NCBI GenBank assembly: GCA_963700985.1
Contig: OY969554.1
Coordinates: 672,001-736,000, forward strand
Direction of reading: 5' to 3'
From: an uncultured Chlamydiales bacterium
GTDB taxonomy: Bacteria > Chlamydiota > Chlamydiia > Chlamydiales > Rhabdochlamydiaceae
DNA length: 64,000 nt
Each line of letters begins with the position of its first letter. Position 1 is the stretch's first letter. This document shows, one piece after another, positions 39,723 to 47,833 of this stretch. Under the pieces are notes generated by a model that saw nothing but the letters and a program-made list of their open reading frames with translations, was not told the origin of the DNA and did not search any database. The position numbers and the translations under genes were made by a program.

Positions 39723-40448
39723 TTAAAGAATAACGCATAAACCAGAAGCTGGATTGGCTTTTTTCCCATTTTTCCATTCCACGACGGCCGTATTCTTTAC
39801 ACCGAATTGATCGATAAACATGGTCACCTTTTGTCCTGTCAACAGGTTTCCTTTTTTCCAGATTCCTGTTTCATAGCTTCCACCGGATTTTTCATAATAT
39901 CCTTGACCAGCAGCCGCGTCATCCGCCCAATTACCTTCATATTTATCCCCATTCCGTAATGTCATAATCCCTTGGCCGTGGCGATTACCAGCGACAAAAG
40001 CTCCCGTATATGACGTAAATATAGAGCCATAGTACTTCATTACTCCTTTGCCATGAGGTTTTCCATCACTAACCTCTCCCACGTATGTGTCTCCATTGGG
40101 AAATTTTATTGTCTCACCTTTAGATTCAAGATTGGGTAATACTAGATTGGGTAATACTACGCTATCCACATATCCGCCCATCTTTGTTTGCCATGACACG
40201 CTTGGCCACGAATCTGAGTCGGGAAATGCTATTCTATCGCCTTGGCGTGGAGGATTAAAAGGCTGCCCCTGACCGCGCATCACATTTGCAAATTGGGTTA
40301 CGTCAACTAGAACCGTATTTTGCGCAGGGGCGGGTGCTAGGCTGCTGGAGGTATATTTTTCATCCGACTTCGCTTTATAGCTTGCTGCTTGATCTGAAGA
40401 AGTCATTGATCCTGCTTTATAACTTGAGGATAGTGGCACTGTGCTCAT
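39723..40448 (-). CDS. MORN-repeat protein with C-terminal CaaX box (CVIL)
   Basis: FPNGDTYVGEVSDGKPHGKG, YTGAFVAGNRHGQG, NGDKYEGNW; ends TGC GTT ATT CTT TAA; AAGGAG before ATG 40448. Confidence 0.9.
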   Translation of the reverse strand: MSTVPLSSSYKAGSMTSSDQAASYKAKSDEKYTSSSLAPAPAQNTVLVDVTQFANVMRGQGQPFNPPRQGDRIAFPDSDSWPSVSWQTKMGGYVDSVVLPNLVLPNLESKGETIKFPNGDTYVGEVSDGKPHGKGVMKYYGSIFTSYTGAFVAGNRHGQGIMTLRNGDKYEGNWADDAAAGQGYYEKSGGSYETGIWKKGNLLTGQKVTMFIDQFGVKNTAVVEWKNGKKANPASGLCVIL

Positions 40449-40551
40449 ACAATTCTCCTTTTCTTGTTCTTGAAGTAGACATTCCAAATCGATTTGGAAA
40501 ATTCGCAAACAGGCTAATAAAAAAGCAGCTACATCTCAAGAAAATGTTTAA
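40424..40551 (-). repeat. Duplicated promoter/5' region, copy 1, with 18-bp palindrome TTCCAAATCGATTTGGAA (40482-40499)
   Basis: Near-identical to 45377-45504. Confidence 0.85.
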
Positions 40552-40666
40552 AAGCTCAAAAAAATTATACTTGAAGTTTGTTAAGATTTTGTTAAGCTGG
40601 TGTCATTTCGACATGCTTTTGCATGCTGAATTTTTTGAACATCAAATTAAACTGGAGGCTTAATAT

Positions 40667-41128
40667 ATGGCATTCTCAATAAGACTCGCTCAAGGCATGA
40701 GGACACCTTTGTTTGCAGCTGCAAGACCTTTTACTCAGTTTTCGCAGTCTTTTCTAAAACCAACAATGCAATCTCATTTGGCGGCTGCGAGAAGTTTTTC
40801 CGCCTGCAGCAGTAAAAATCAAACCCCGCCTGATGCCCTCAAGACATTAGAAGGAAAAGAACAAAATTCCGTGAAAGGAACTGGAATTTTTCTTGTTCCA
40901 GACCCAGAAAAAGGCGTTCTAGCATGGAAATCTATCAGAGTGGCCAATCTAACATATCTTGATACAGTCAAACGCGGAGAAAACTGCAAAGCGCTAAAGT
41001 GGGTTCCTGAAACGCTGATGTCGTTTGCAGAAATCCAAAAGAATCAACCTGCCTGCGCAGGATTTAAGTGTAGTTCTCCTTGCCCTCATTTTTGTATATG
41101 CGGTGATGATGGTTTTCAATGTGTTTAG
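40667..41128 (+). CDS. Small protein with mitochondrial-presequence-like N-terminus and Cys-rich C-terminus
   Basis: GGAGG RBS; first 55 aa lack D/E; AARSFSA; tail CAGFKCSSPCPHFCICGDDGFQCV. Confidence 0.7.
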   Translation: MAFSIRLAQGMRTPLFAAARPFTQFSQSFLKPTMQSHLAAARSFSACSSKNQTPPDALKTLEGKEQNSVKGTGIFLVPDPEKGVLAWKSIRVANLTYLDTVKRGENCKALKWVPETLMSFAEIQKNQPACAGFKCSSPCPHFCICGDDGFQCV

Positions 41129-41240
41129 CATTCGTCATGACTCTTCCGGCAGCTATGAAGATCATGCCTTTGTCGAAATTGCCAGAACCTATAGGCACTT
41201 ATTACCGTAAGAAAAACACACGTTCAGATTCAGACAAACC

Positions 41241-41266
41241 AAGGGCGGAAGATTTCCGCCCTTTTT
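41241..41266 (+). terminator. Intrinsic terminator hairpin, identical to 44638-44660
   Basis: AAGGGCGGAA-GAT-TTCCGCCCTT followed by TTT. Confidence 0.75.
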
Positions 41267-41319
41267 GAGCCGTCAGCAATCGAGATGCCCCCCTTTCGCT
41301 GCAGCTTCAGCTTCAGCCA

Positions 41320-41349
41320 TTGACTTTAGCTTCCTTCTCTCGTTAGACT
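41320..41349 (+). promoter_or_regulatory. Putative sigma66/70 promoter of the PARP-like gene
   Basis: TTGACT-N18-TAGACT, then GAGGAG before ATG 41393. Confidence 0.5.
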
Positions 41350-41392
41350 ATTTCCTCTTCAACAATTTTTTTATTTTTTAGAGGAGATTTTC

Positions 41393-44300
41393 ATGGCAGC
41401 AGTAGGAGCATCTAAACCAGTTCCGGGATTAGCGCACGGCGATTCTTCAACTATCCCACCCGGTCTGGCTGCAAGCCACACCTATCCTCGTTCGCCTTGG
41501 CTTTTCAGCAAAAGCCTATTTGAAAGGCTCAAAAAGCTAGAAGCTGCTGAAGCACCTAGAACTTTTACAGCCTGCACGATTGAAAGAAGCGATCCCGAAT
41601 ACAATTTTGTCCTGCAGTACTTTAATCACACCAAACCCGCAGGGCGCGCCATTAGAAGCATGCGCGCAATATATAACCCCGGGCTAACTCAAGGTTACGT
41701 AGCCATGCTCCGAAGTATCGAAGCGCGCGCTCCCAAACTTCGTGATACGTGGAAAGAAGAAGCGCCAATAGCACAGCGTGAAAAGACCATGAAAAGATGG
41801 GAAGCACAAGTTGCGCAGTTCTCCCCTATTCATATCAAGTCGTCCAAAAGAACAGATGTCCTAACACAGACTTATAATGTTCCTCTTTGGCATGCAACTG
41901 CGCGTGCGGATGACATCTGCGCCGATGGGTTTGCAATTTCTGGAAAACATCATCTTGTGGAGTCTTCAGCTAAAGTCGCAAAAGCCGGCACCTTTGCTAG
42001 TACAGATCTGGGTTTTTTCGGGAGTGCCGCCTATTTAACCAATAGCGTGCGTTATGCCGCTATGTACTATCCCGAAACCGTTCTTCTCGCCTGGGGCTGC
42101 ATGGGAAAACCTTATCCCGTAGTCAGCGATTTTCCTATTCCTAAGAAGGCAACTGACATGACCAAGCTAGAGGGACAAGGTGGCTACCAGCATTTCACAA
42201 CGCACTTCATTCCTGTACACTCTGCATATCCCAAAGATCCAACCAACATGATCTATCACCCTTGTTTTGAAACAGAGGTGCCCGAATGCGATGAGTACGC
42301 ATTTTTCTCAACCTTTCAAGTCTTACCCTACATTTGCATAGATCTAGGGATTGATTTTCCAGCTGCACCTTCAACACCTACTACAGTGCAGACTCTTTTA
42401 GATCTCGTTCTCAAACTCGTCGACAATCCCCAAATCGAACAAGATGCAGATCTAAACGCACTCTTATCTTCCAAAGCAGAGACGCTTCTCTCTACAGATG
42501 CTGCTGATCCCCTTTCTCCACAGGACCAAGAATTTTTCCGCAAAGTTCAGCGGCTTGTAAGCCCCGAAGGCACCCTCAGCCGTTTCATCAAGCAAAGCCT
42601 TCTCGCTAAGCCAAGCGGCGCCCCTAAGGAAAAACTTGAATACAAAAAACCTGCGCCCGTCGAAAAACCTTCGGCTTTGGCACCCGCAAAACCTGCTCTT
42701 GCGCCGTTAACTGGAGATGAATTTTTTGTTTTGTCTGGCGAAGTCAAAGATGGTGATGCCGAAGCTTTACGCTTGTTGAGAATGCATGCGGAGGCTGGAG
42801 AGGCAGGAGCACAAAGCTATCTTGGGTTTACGTACAGATATGGCTTAGGCGTAGCCAAGGATGAGCGAGAGGCTATGAAGTGGTACAAAATGGCTGCTGC
42901 GCAAGGAGATGCTGAAGCAGAAAGCGCACTCAAAGAATTGTCATCTCTAGATGAGAATGAGAAAGAGTCACCACTTGTAGAGTTAACCAAAGATCAATTG
43001 GATGCCTTGTTTAAGAAAGCTGATGAAGAAGCTTTGCGAACATTGAGATCCCATGCGGAAGCGGGAGAACCAGCTGCACAATCCACGCTTGGTGAGGTGT
43101 TTGAACAAGGCAAAGGCGTTCTTAAGGATGAAAGCCAGGCATTCCAATGGTATCAAAAGGTTGCTGAGCAAGGATTTGCCAGGGAACAATGTTGGCTTGG
43201 TGAAATGTGCGAACACGGCAAAGGTGTTACTAAGGATATCAATCGGGCAATTCACTGGTATAGACTTGCCGCTGCACAAGAAAATGCCGATGCAGAAAGC
43301 GCTCTTAAAAGATTAACAGCTCAGGACTCAGACGTAACAAAACCATTTGCAGTTACGCTAACATTAGATCAGCATAATGCCTTATATCTCAAAGCTCAAA
43401 AGGATGCCGCAGCTTTACGCACTTTGAGAACGCATGCAGAGGCTGGCGAGGTTGAGGCGCAATACAATCTCGGACTCATATACTCGCTTGGTTTAGGCAC
43501 TGTTGAGAATAAGCCAGAAGGTGATAAGTGGTTCAAACTGGCGATTAGGGGTTATAAGTTGCTTGCGGATCAAGGGGATGTGCATGCTTGTCACAATCTG
43601 GCAATGATGTTCTCAAGTGGCCAAGGCGTAACCGAAGATAAACATGAAGCCGCAAGATGGAGCCAATTGGCTGCTGAGCGTGGACATGCACCCTCACAGT
43701 ATTATCTGGGCTTGGGGTTTGAAGTAGGATCAAGTAGTGGTGGTAAAGATATCGAAATGGCGCGTTACTGGTATGGACTTGCTGCAAAACAAGGACATAC
43801 TGAAGCAGAGAAACATCTCAAAAATTTAGCGTCTTCCGAAAAAGTAGAACATAAAAAACCTGCCATCGTATCAGCTGCACCAAGTGCATCAATGACTTCC
43901 ATTGGCACAAAAGCCGTCGCAGCAATCAGTGCTATAGATCTAAAAAAACAGTTTCCAAAGCTGGAAATTTTCGATGGATCTGTTTGGGAAACACATGCGA
44001 ATCTAACAACTTTAGGCCTACATATAAGTGATGAACCACCTCTTAATGTAAGTCTCATCCCGTTCTTGAAAACGCTCTTTGCTTCTTGGAAAATAGAAGA
44101 TGACGCAGGAATTACGATTTTGACTCTACCAGCGGGGCTTACATTAAGAAAGCTCGCGAAAGTTGCAGTATCTCCTAAATGTGGCAATCCAACTAAACTA
44201 GAAGACATTTGGGAAAATGCCCTAAAAGCTCTCGGCGATGTTCCTGTCGAGAGAACATATAGAGTGGCAATCACAAATAATGTGCTTAAAGGAAGCAGAA

Positions 44301-44635
44301 AATTATCTGTAAATAACCAGTCAAGTCTTCAGGAAAGCGGGGGCACGCTCCCTGGAGTATTACCTGTAGCTGCTCTTTCTATTTTAACTTTTATAAGTTC
44401 TAAAATATCGTTTTTTAAAGGTCCAACCCGTTTATATGGCAACAAGCCATTGACCTACACCTATACTAATGAAAAGGTAGATGGGCAAACTTTGGTTGTT
44501 GGAGGGTTCCTGAACGGACCTACAATCACCCATCCTCTCTGGCCTGGGCCCGATATTATTTATGAAAAAATCGGTGGCGGAAGCATGAATAGGCTGTATG
44601 AAAATTCTGACTCGCATTCTGCTTTAGACGAATAG
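41393..44635 (+). CDS. PARP-like ADP-ribosyltransferase domain + Sel1-like repeats + uncharacterised C-terminal domain; candidate effector
   Basis: DPEYNFVLQYF, IYNPGL, LWHAT, DLGFFGSAAYLT, YAAMY, CDEY, QVLPY; Sel1 units such as AQSYLGFTYRYGLGVAKDEREAMKWYKMAAAQG. Confidence 0.8.
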   Translation: MAAVGASKPVPGLAHGDSSTIPPGLAASHTYPRSPWLFSKSLFERLKKLEAAEAPRTFTACTIERSDPEYNFVLQYFNHTKPAGRAIRSMRAIYNPGLTQGYVAMLRSIEARAPKLRDTWKEEAPIAQREKTMKRWEAQVAQFSPIHIKSSKRTDVLTQTYNVPLWHATARADDICADGFAISGKHHLVESSAKVAKAGTFASTDLGFFGSAAYLTNSVRYAAMYYPETVLLAWGCMGKPYPVVSDFPIPKKATDMTKLEGQGGYQHFTTHFIPVHSAYPKDPTNMIYHPCFETEVPECDEYAFFSTFQVLPYICIDLGIDFPAAPSTPTTVQTLLDLVLKLVDNPQIEQDADLNALLSSKAETLLSTDAADPLSPQDQEFFRKVQRLVSPEGTLSRFIKQSLLAKPSGAPKEKLEYKKPAPVEKPSALAPAKPALAPLTGDEFFVLSGEVKDGDAEALRLLRMHAEAGEAGAQSYLGFTYRYGLGVAKDEREAMKWYKMAAAQGDAEAESALKELSSLDENEKESPLVELTKDQLDALFKKADEEALRTLRSHAEAGEPAAQSTLGEVFEQGKGVLKDESQAFQWYQKVAEQGFAREQCWLGEMCEHGKGVTKDINRAIHWYRLAAAQENADAESALKRLTAQDSDVTKPFAVTLTLDQHNALYLKAQKDAAALRTLRTHAEAGEVEAQYNLGLIYSLGLGTVENKPEGDKWFKLAIRGYKLLADQGDVHACHNLAMMFSSGQGVTEDKHEAARWSQLAAERGHAPSQYYLGLGFEVGSSSGGKDIEMARYWYGLAAKQGHTEAEKHLKNLASSEKVEHKKPAIVSAAPSASMTSIGTKAVAAISAIDLKKQFPKLEIFDGSVWETHANLTTLGLHISDEPPLNVSLIPFLKTLFASWKIEDDAGITILTLPAGLTLRKLAKVAVSPKCGNPTKLEDIWENALKALGDVPVERTYRVAITNNVLKGSRKLSVNNQSSLQESGGTLPGVLPVAALSILTFISSKISFFKGPTRLYGNKPLTYTYTNEKVDGQTLVVGGFLNGPTITHPLWPGPDIIYEKIGGGSMNRLYENSDSHSALDE

Positions 44636-44637
44636 TT

Positions 44638-44660
44638 AAGGGCGGAAGATTTCCGCCCTT
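44638..44660. terminator. Hairpin between convergent genes, identical to 41241-41263
   Basis: AAGGGCGGAAGATTTCCGCCCTT. Confidence 0.7.
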
Positions 44661-44690
44661 AGTGACCAATCAGATGATTCTGATGATGTT

Positions 44691-45401
44691 TTAGACGATA
44701 ACGCAGATCCTAACCTCTTGATGGATCCCAAAACATGGTCCACAGCACTCCGGACAGCCGCAATTGTGACCAGTATCACAATAATCGAGATGTCCATCTT
44801 TCCAAGGCTCTTCGGCAGATATATAGGCTCCACCAATATGTGGTACTAACTCTGTCTTCACACCGGTCCACAACTTATCATTTTTAAAGGTTCCTGCCTC
44901 GTAAGTGCCGCTCGTTCTTTGATATCGACCCTGACCTTCTAAACGGCCATTCACAAACTGACCTTCATATTTGTTTCCATTCGTCCATACTTTAGTTCCC
45001 TGGCCATGAGCGTTGCCATCGACAAAATCTCCATTATAGGTAGCAACATCAGAAGCGAAGTATTTCATCAATCCCTTGCCATGAGGTTTTCCATCTTTAA
45101 CATCTCCAGTGTATTTGTCTCCGTTTGGAAATGTTATCGTCTCAACTTTAGGTTCAAGACTAAGTGAAAGCGTTAAATCTTCTAGTTTTACACCCTGTTG
45201 CTGTCGGCTCTGTGCGGCCATCAACTGTGCAAAGAGCTTTGCATCGATTACAACGGTGTCTTGCGCAGGTGCGGATGATACGGTGCTGACACTCACAGAT
45301 GGGGGTACATATTTGCGATCTGACTCGGCGCCATAGCTTGTCGCTTGTGCTGACGCTGTAGATCCAGCGCTATAAGTTGAGGATAGTGGTACTGTACTCA
45401 T
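44691..45401 (-). CDS. MORN-repeat protein paralog with Cys cluster and C-terminal CaaX box (CVIV)
   Basis: FPNGDKYTGDVKDGKPHGKG, NGNKYEGQFVNGRLEGQG; ends CGCPECCGPC...ICVIV*. Confidence 0.9.
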   Translation of the reverse strand: MSTVPLSSTYSAGSTASAQATSYGAESDRKYVPPSVSVSTVSSAPAQDTVVIDAKLFAQLMAAQSRQQQGVKLEDLTLSLSLEPKVETITFPNGDKYTGDVKDGKPHGKGLMKYFASDVATYNGDFVDGNAHGQGTKVWTNGNKYEGQFVNGRLEGQGRYQRTSGTYEAGTFKNDKLWTGVKTELVPHIGGAYISAEEPWKDGHLDYCDTGHNCGCPECCGPCFGIHQEVRICVIV

Positions 45402-45504
45402 AAAATTCTCCTTTTCTTGTTCTTGAAGTAGACATTCCAAATCGGTTTGGAAAATTCGCAAACAGGCTAATAAAAAATTGGCTATATCTCAAGAGAATAT
45501 TTAA
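45377..45504 (-). repeat. Duplicated promoter/5' region, copy 2, palindrome TTCCAAATCGGTTTGGAA at 45435-45452
   Basis: Near-identical to 40424-40551. Confidence 0.85.
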
Positions 45505-45523
45505 GAAATTGTAAAGATTCTTC

Positions 45524-46837
45524 TTAGAGAAGAAGTAGCGCGGGGTTCTCTAAGAACTTCTGCACAGCTTTGATGAATTTGGCAGCATCGGCACCATCGA
45601 CCACGCGATGGTCGGCTGAAAGCGTGATGGTCATAATCTTGCCGGGCACAACCTGTCCGTCGCGAACGATCGCCTTATCTTCAATAGCGCTGATCGCCAA
45701 GATCGAAGATTGAGGTGGGTTGATCACGGCCACAAAGTCAGAAACTCCAAACATCCCGAGATTTGAGATGGTGAAAGAACCACCCATGTATTCTTCACGC
45801 GCGAGTTTGCCATGGCGGGCTTTTTCTGCGAGGATCTTGACCTCGGAAGAAATCTGTCCCAGATTCTTGTAATCTGCATGCCGGAGAATAGGCGTAATAA
45901 GTCCGTGTGGCAAGCTGACCGCAATAGAAATATCAATCGTCTTAAAGCGGATAATGTTGGAAGTGACGCTATTAAACCCACTGTTGACCACGGGATGCTC
46001 GCGTAGAGCCAGCGCGCAGGCACGTACAATGAAATCATTCACAGAGACTTTTACGCCGCCCTTTTTAAGCTGCTCGCGTGTGTTTACAAGTGTATCCATT
46101 TGCACTTCTTGTCTTACGTAGAAATGCGGGATAAAAGCTTTAGAGTCTTGCAATCTTTTAGCAATTACCTTGCGCATGGGAGAAAGAGGCTCTTCTTCGT
46201 AGCTGCCTGGTGGGATCTCTGGTGTTTCTCTGCGTCCAAAAGTAACTGTGCCGGAAGGTTGACCATGCTCAAGATCACGGCTGGTAATTCTGCCTTGCGG
46301 GCCTGTGCCTTTTACGGTTGAAAGATCAATGCCGCGCTCTTTGGCTAAGCGACGCGCAAGGGGGGAAATGGGTTGATGTCCTTCTAGCGCTTCGGTGGGT
46401 GCAGTAAAGACGTAATTTTGTAGAGCAGGTTCAGGAGTAAAGGCTGGCTGTTGCAGGCCCCCTACAGAAGGAGTAGAAGTCGGTTGAGCCGCTAAAGCTT
46501 CTTTGGGCTTTTCTTCAGCTTTTACAGAAACAGGAGTTGCAGGTGCCGCAGCTTTTGGAGCTGCGCCTTCGGGTTGATACCCTTCAATGCTCTCATTTGC
46601 TTTTTCAGTGAAGATAGCCACTGGCTGGTTAACAATCGCCGTTTCGCCCTCTTTAACAAGAATCTTACGCAGAAAGCCTTCATCTAGCGCGTTATGCTCA
46701 ACGGTAGCTTTATCGGTGGCCACCTCAAAGAGTACATCGCCGGCTTTAACTTGTTCGCCTTCTTTTTTGCGCCACTTGGTAATTGTTCCCTCTTCCATGG
46801 TTGGAGAGAGTTTCGGCATCGTGAGAGTAAAAGGCAT
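45524..46837 (-). CDS. pdhC: Pyruvate dehydrogenase E2 dihydrolipoamide acetyltransferase
   Basis: Lipoyl EVATDKAT, E3-binding GTGPQGRI, SADHRVVDG. Confidence 0.95.
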   Translation of the reverse strand: MPFTLTMPKLSPTMEEGTITKWRKKEGEQVKAGDVLFEVATDKATVEHNALDEGFLRKILVKEGETAIVNQPVAIFTEKANESIEGYQPEGAAPKAAAPATPVSVKAEEKPKEALAAQPTSTPSVGGLQQPAFTPEPALQNYVFTAPTEALEGHQPISPLARRLAKERGIDLSTVKGTGPQGRITSRDLEHGQPSGTVTFGRRETPEIPPGSYEEEPLSPMRKVIAKRLQDSKAFIPHFYVRQEVQMDTLVNTREQLKKGGVKVSVNDFIVRACALALREHPVVNSGFNSVTSNIIRFKTIDISIAVSLPHGLITPILRHADYKNLGQISSEVKILAEKARHGKLAREEYMGGSFTISNLGMFGVSDFVAVINPPQSSILAISAIEDKAIVRDGQVVPGKIMTITLSADHRVVDGADAAKFIKAVQKFLENPALLLL

Positions 46838-46849
46838 TTTTTGTGAACC

Positions 46850-47827
46850 TTAGGCTAAAACTTCTTCAATGGCTTGCGTAATTCTTTCCCGTGTGGGCAT
46901 CGTCTCTTTTTCCAAAGTCTTGGAATAGGGCATAGGTGTTTCGCGCTGGGCAACGCGCTTAATCGGTGCATCGAGAAAGTCAAAACAATGCTCCATAATC
47001 TGAAACCCGACTTCAGCACAAATGCCCGTAAAAATATGTCCTTCTTCAACCAACACACAGCGATGCGTTTTACGCACAGAGTCCGCGATCGTTGTAATAT
47101 CAAGCGGTTTAATTGTGCGCAAATCGATGACTTCTACTTGGATGCCTTTTTTGGCTAATTCATCAGCCACAGCTTTACACAGCGTAACCATGCGGCTATG
47201 CGAAACAAGCGTAACGTGATTCCCTTCTTTAACAATGCGCGCTTTGCCAATCGGAACCAGATAGGGTTCGGTTGGAATTTCCATTTTATCATTATAAGCG
47301 AGTTCATTTTCTAAAAAGAGCACTGGATTATTGCAGCGAATCGCACTTTTTAAAAGCCCTTTGGCATCATAAGCATTACTTGGGGCGATGATGACTAGGC
47401 CAGGAAAATTCCCGTAGATAGCTTCAACGCAGTGTGAGTGTTGTGACGAGACTTGTGCAGCTGCACCATTAGGTCCACGAAAGACAACAGGCACTTTATA
47501 GCGATCGCCAGACATGTAATACATCTTGATCGCATTAGAGATGATCTGATCGCAGCCAACAAAGGAAAAGTTAAAGCTCATGAACTCAACCACAGGTCGA
47601 AGACCTGTCATGGCCGCGCCTACGGCTAAGCCAGCAAAACCGAGTTCAGCAATGGGAGTGTCGATGACTCGCTGAGGTCCCCATTTGGCTAACATGCCCT
47701 TGGTAACTTTATAAGCGCCGTTATATTCAGCAACTTCTTCGCCCATGATGAAGACAGCTGGATCTCTCTCCATCTCTTCATCCATGGCTTGCCTTAGCGC
47801 TTCGCGCATTTCTACAATTTGCGTCAT
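46850..47827 (-). CDS. pdhB: Pyruvate dehydrogenase E1 beta
   Basis: GEEVAEYNGAYKVT, DTPIAE, QHS, IDLRTIKPLD. Confidence 0.96.
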   Translation of the reverse strand: MTQIVEMREALRQAMDEEMERDPAVFIMGEEVAEYNGAYKVTKGMLAKWGPQRVIDTPIAELGFAGLAVGAAMTGLRPVVEFMSFNFSFVGCDQIISNAIKMYYMSGDRYKVPVVFRGPNGAAAQVSSQHSHCVEAIYGNFPGLVIIAPSNAYDAKGLLKSAIRCNNPVLFLENELAYNDKMEIPTEPYLVPIGKARIVKEGNHVTLVSHSRMVTLCKAVADELAKKGIQVEVIDLRTIKPLDITTIADSVRKTHRCVLVEEGHIFTGICAEVGFQIMEHCFDFLDAPIKRVAQRETPMPYSKTLEKETMPTRERITQAIEEVLA

Positions 47828-47833
47828 CGTAAT

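Noticed and set aside
40449-40508. Shared N-terminal extension MRIFQxDLECLLQEQEKEN on both MORN ORFs
   Set aside because: It is the duplicated promoter read in frame; AAGGAG lies just before the internal ATG (MSTVPLSS)
42750-43820. DNA-level repeats in the 1080-aa gene as a diversity-generating or mobile repeat
   Set aside because: Explained by Sel1 protein repeats; no reverse transcriptase or adenine-specific variation seen
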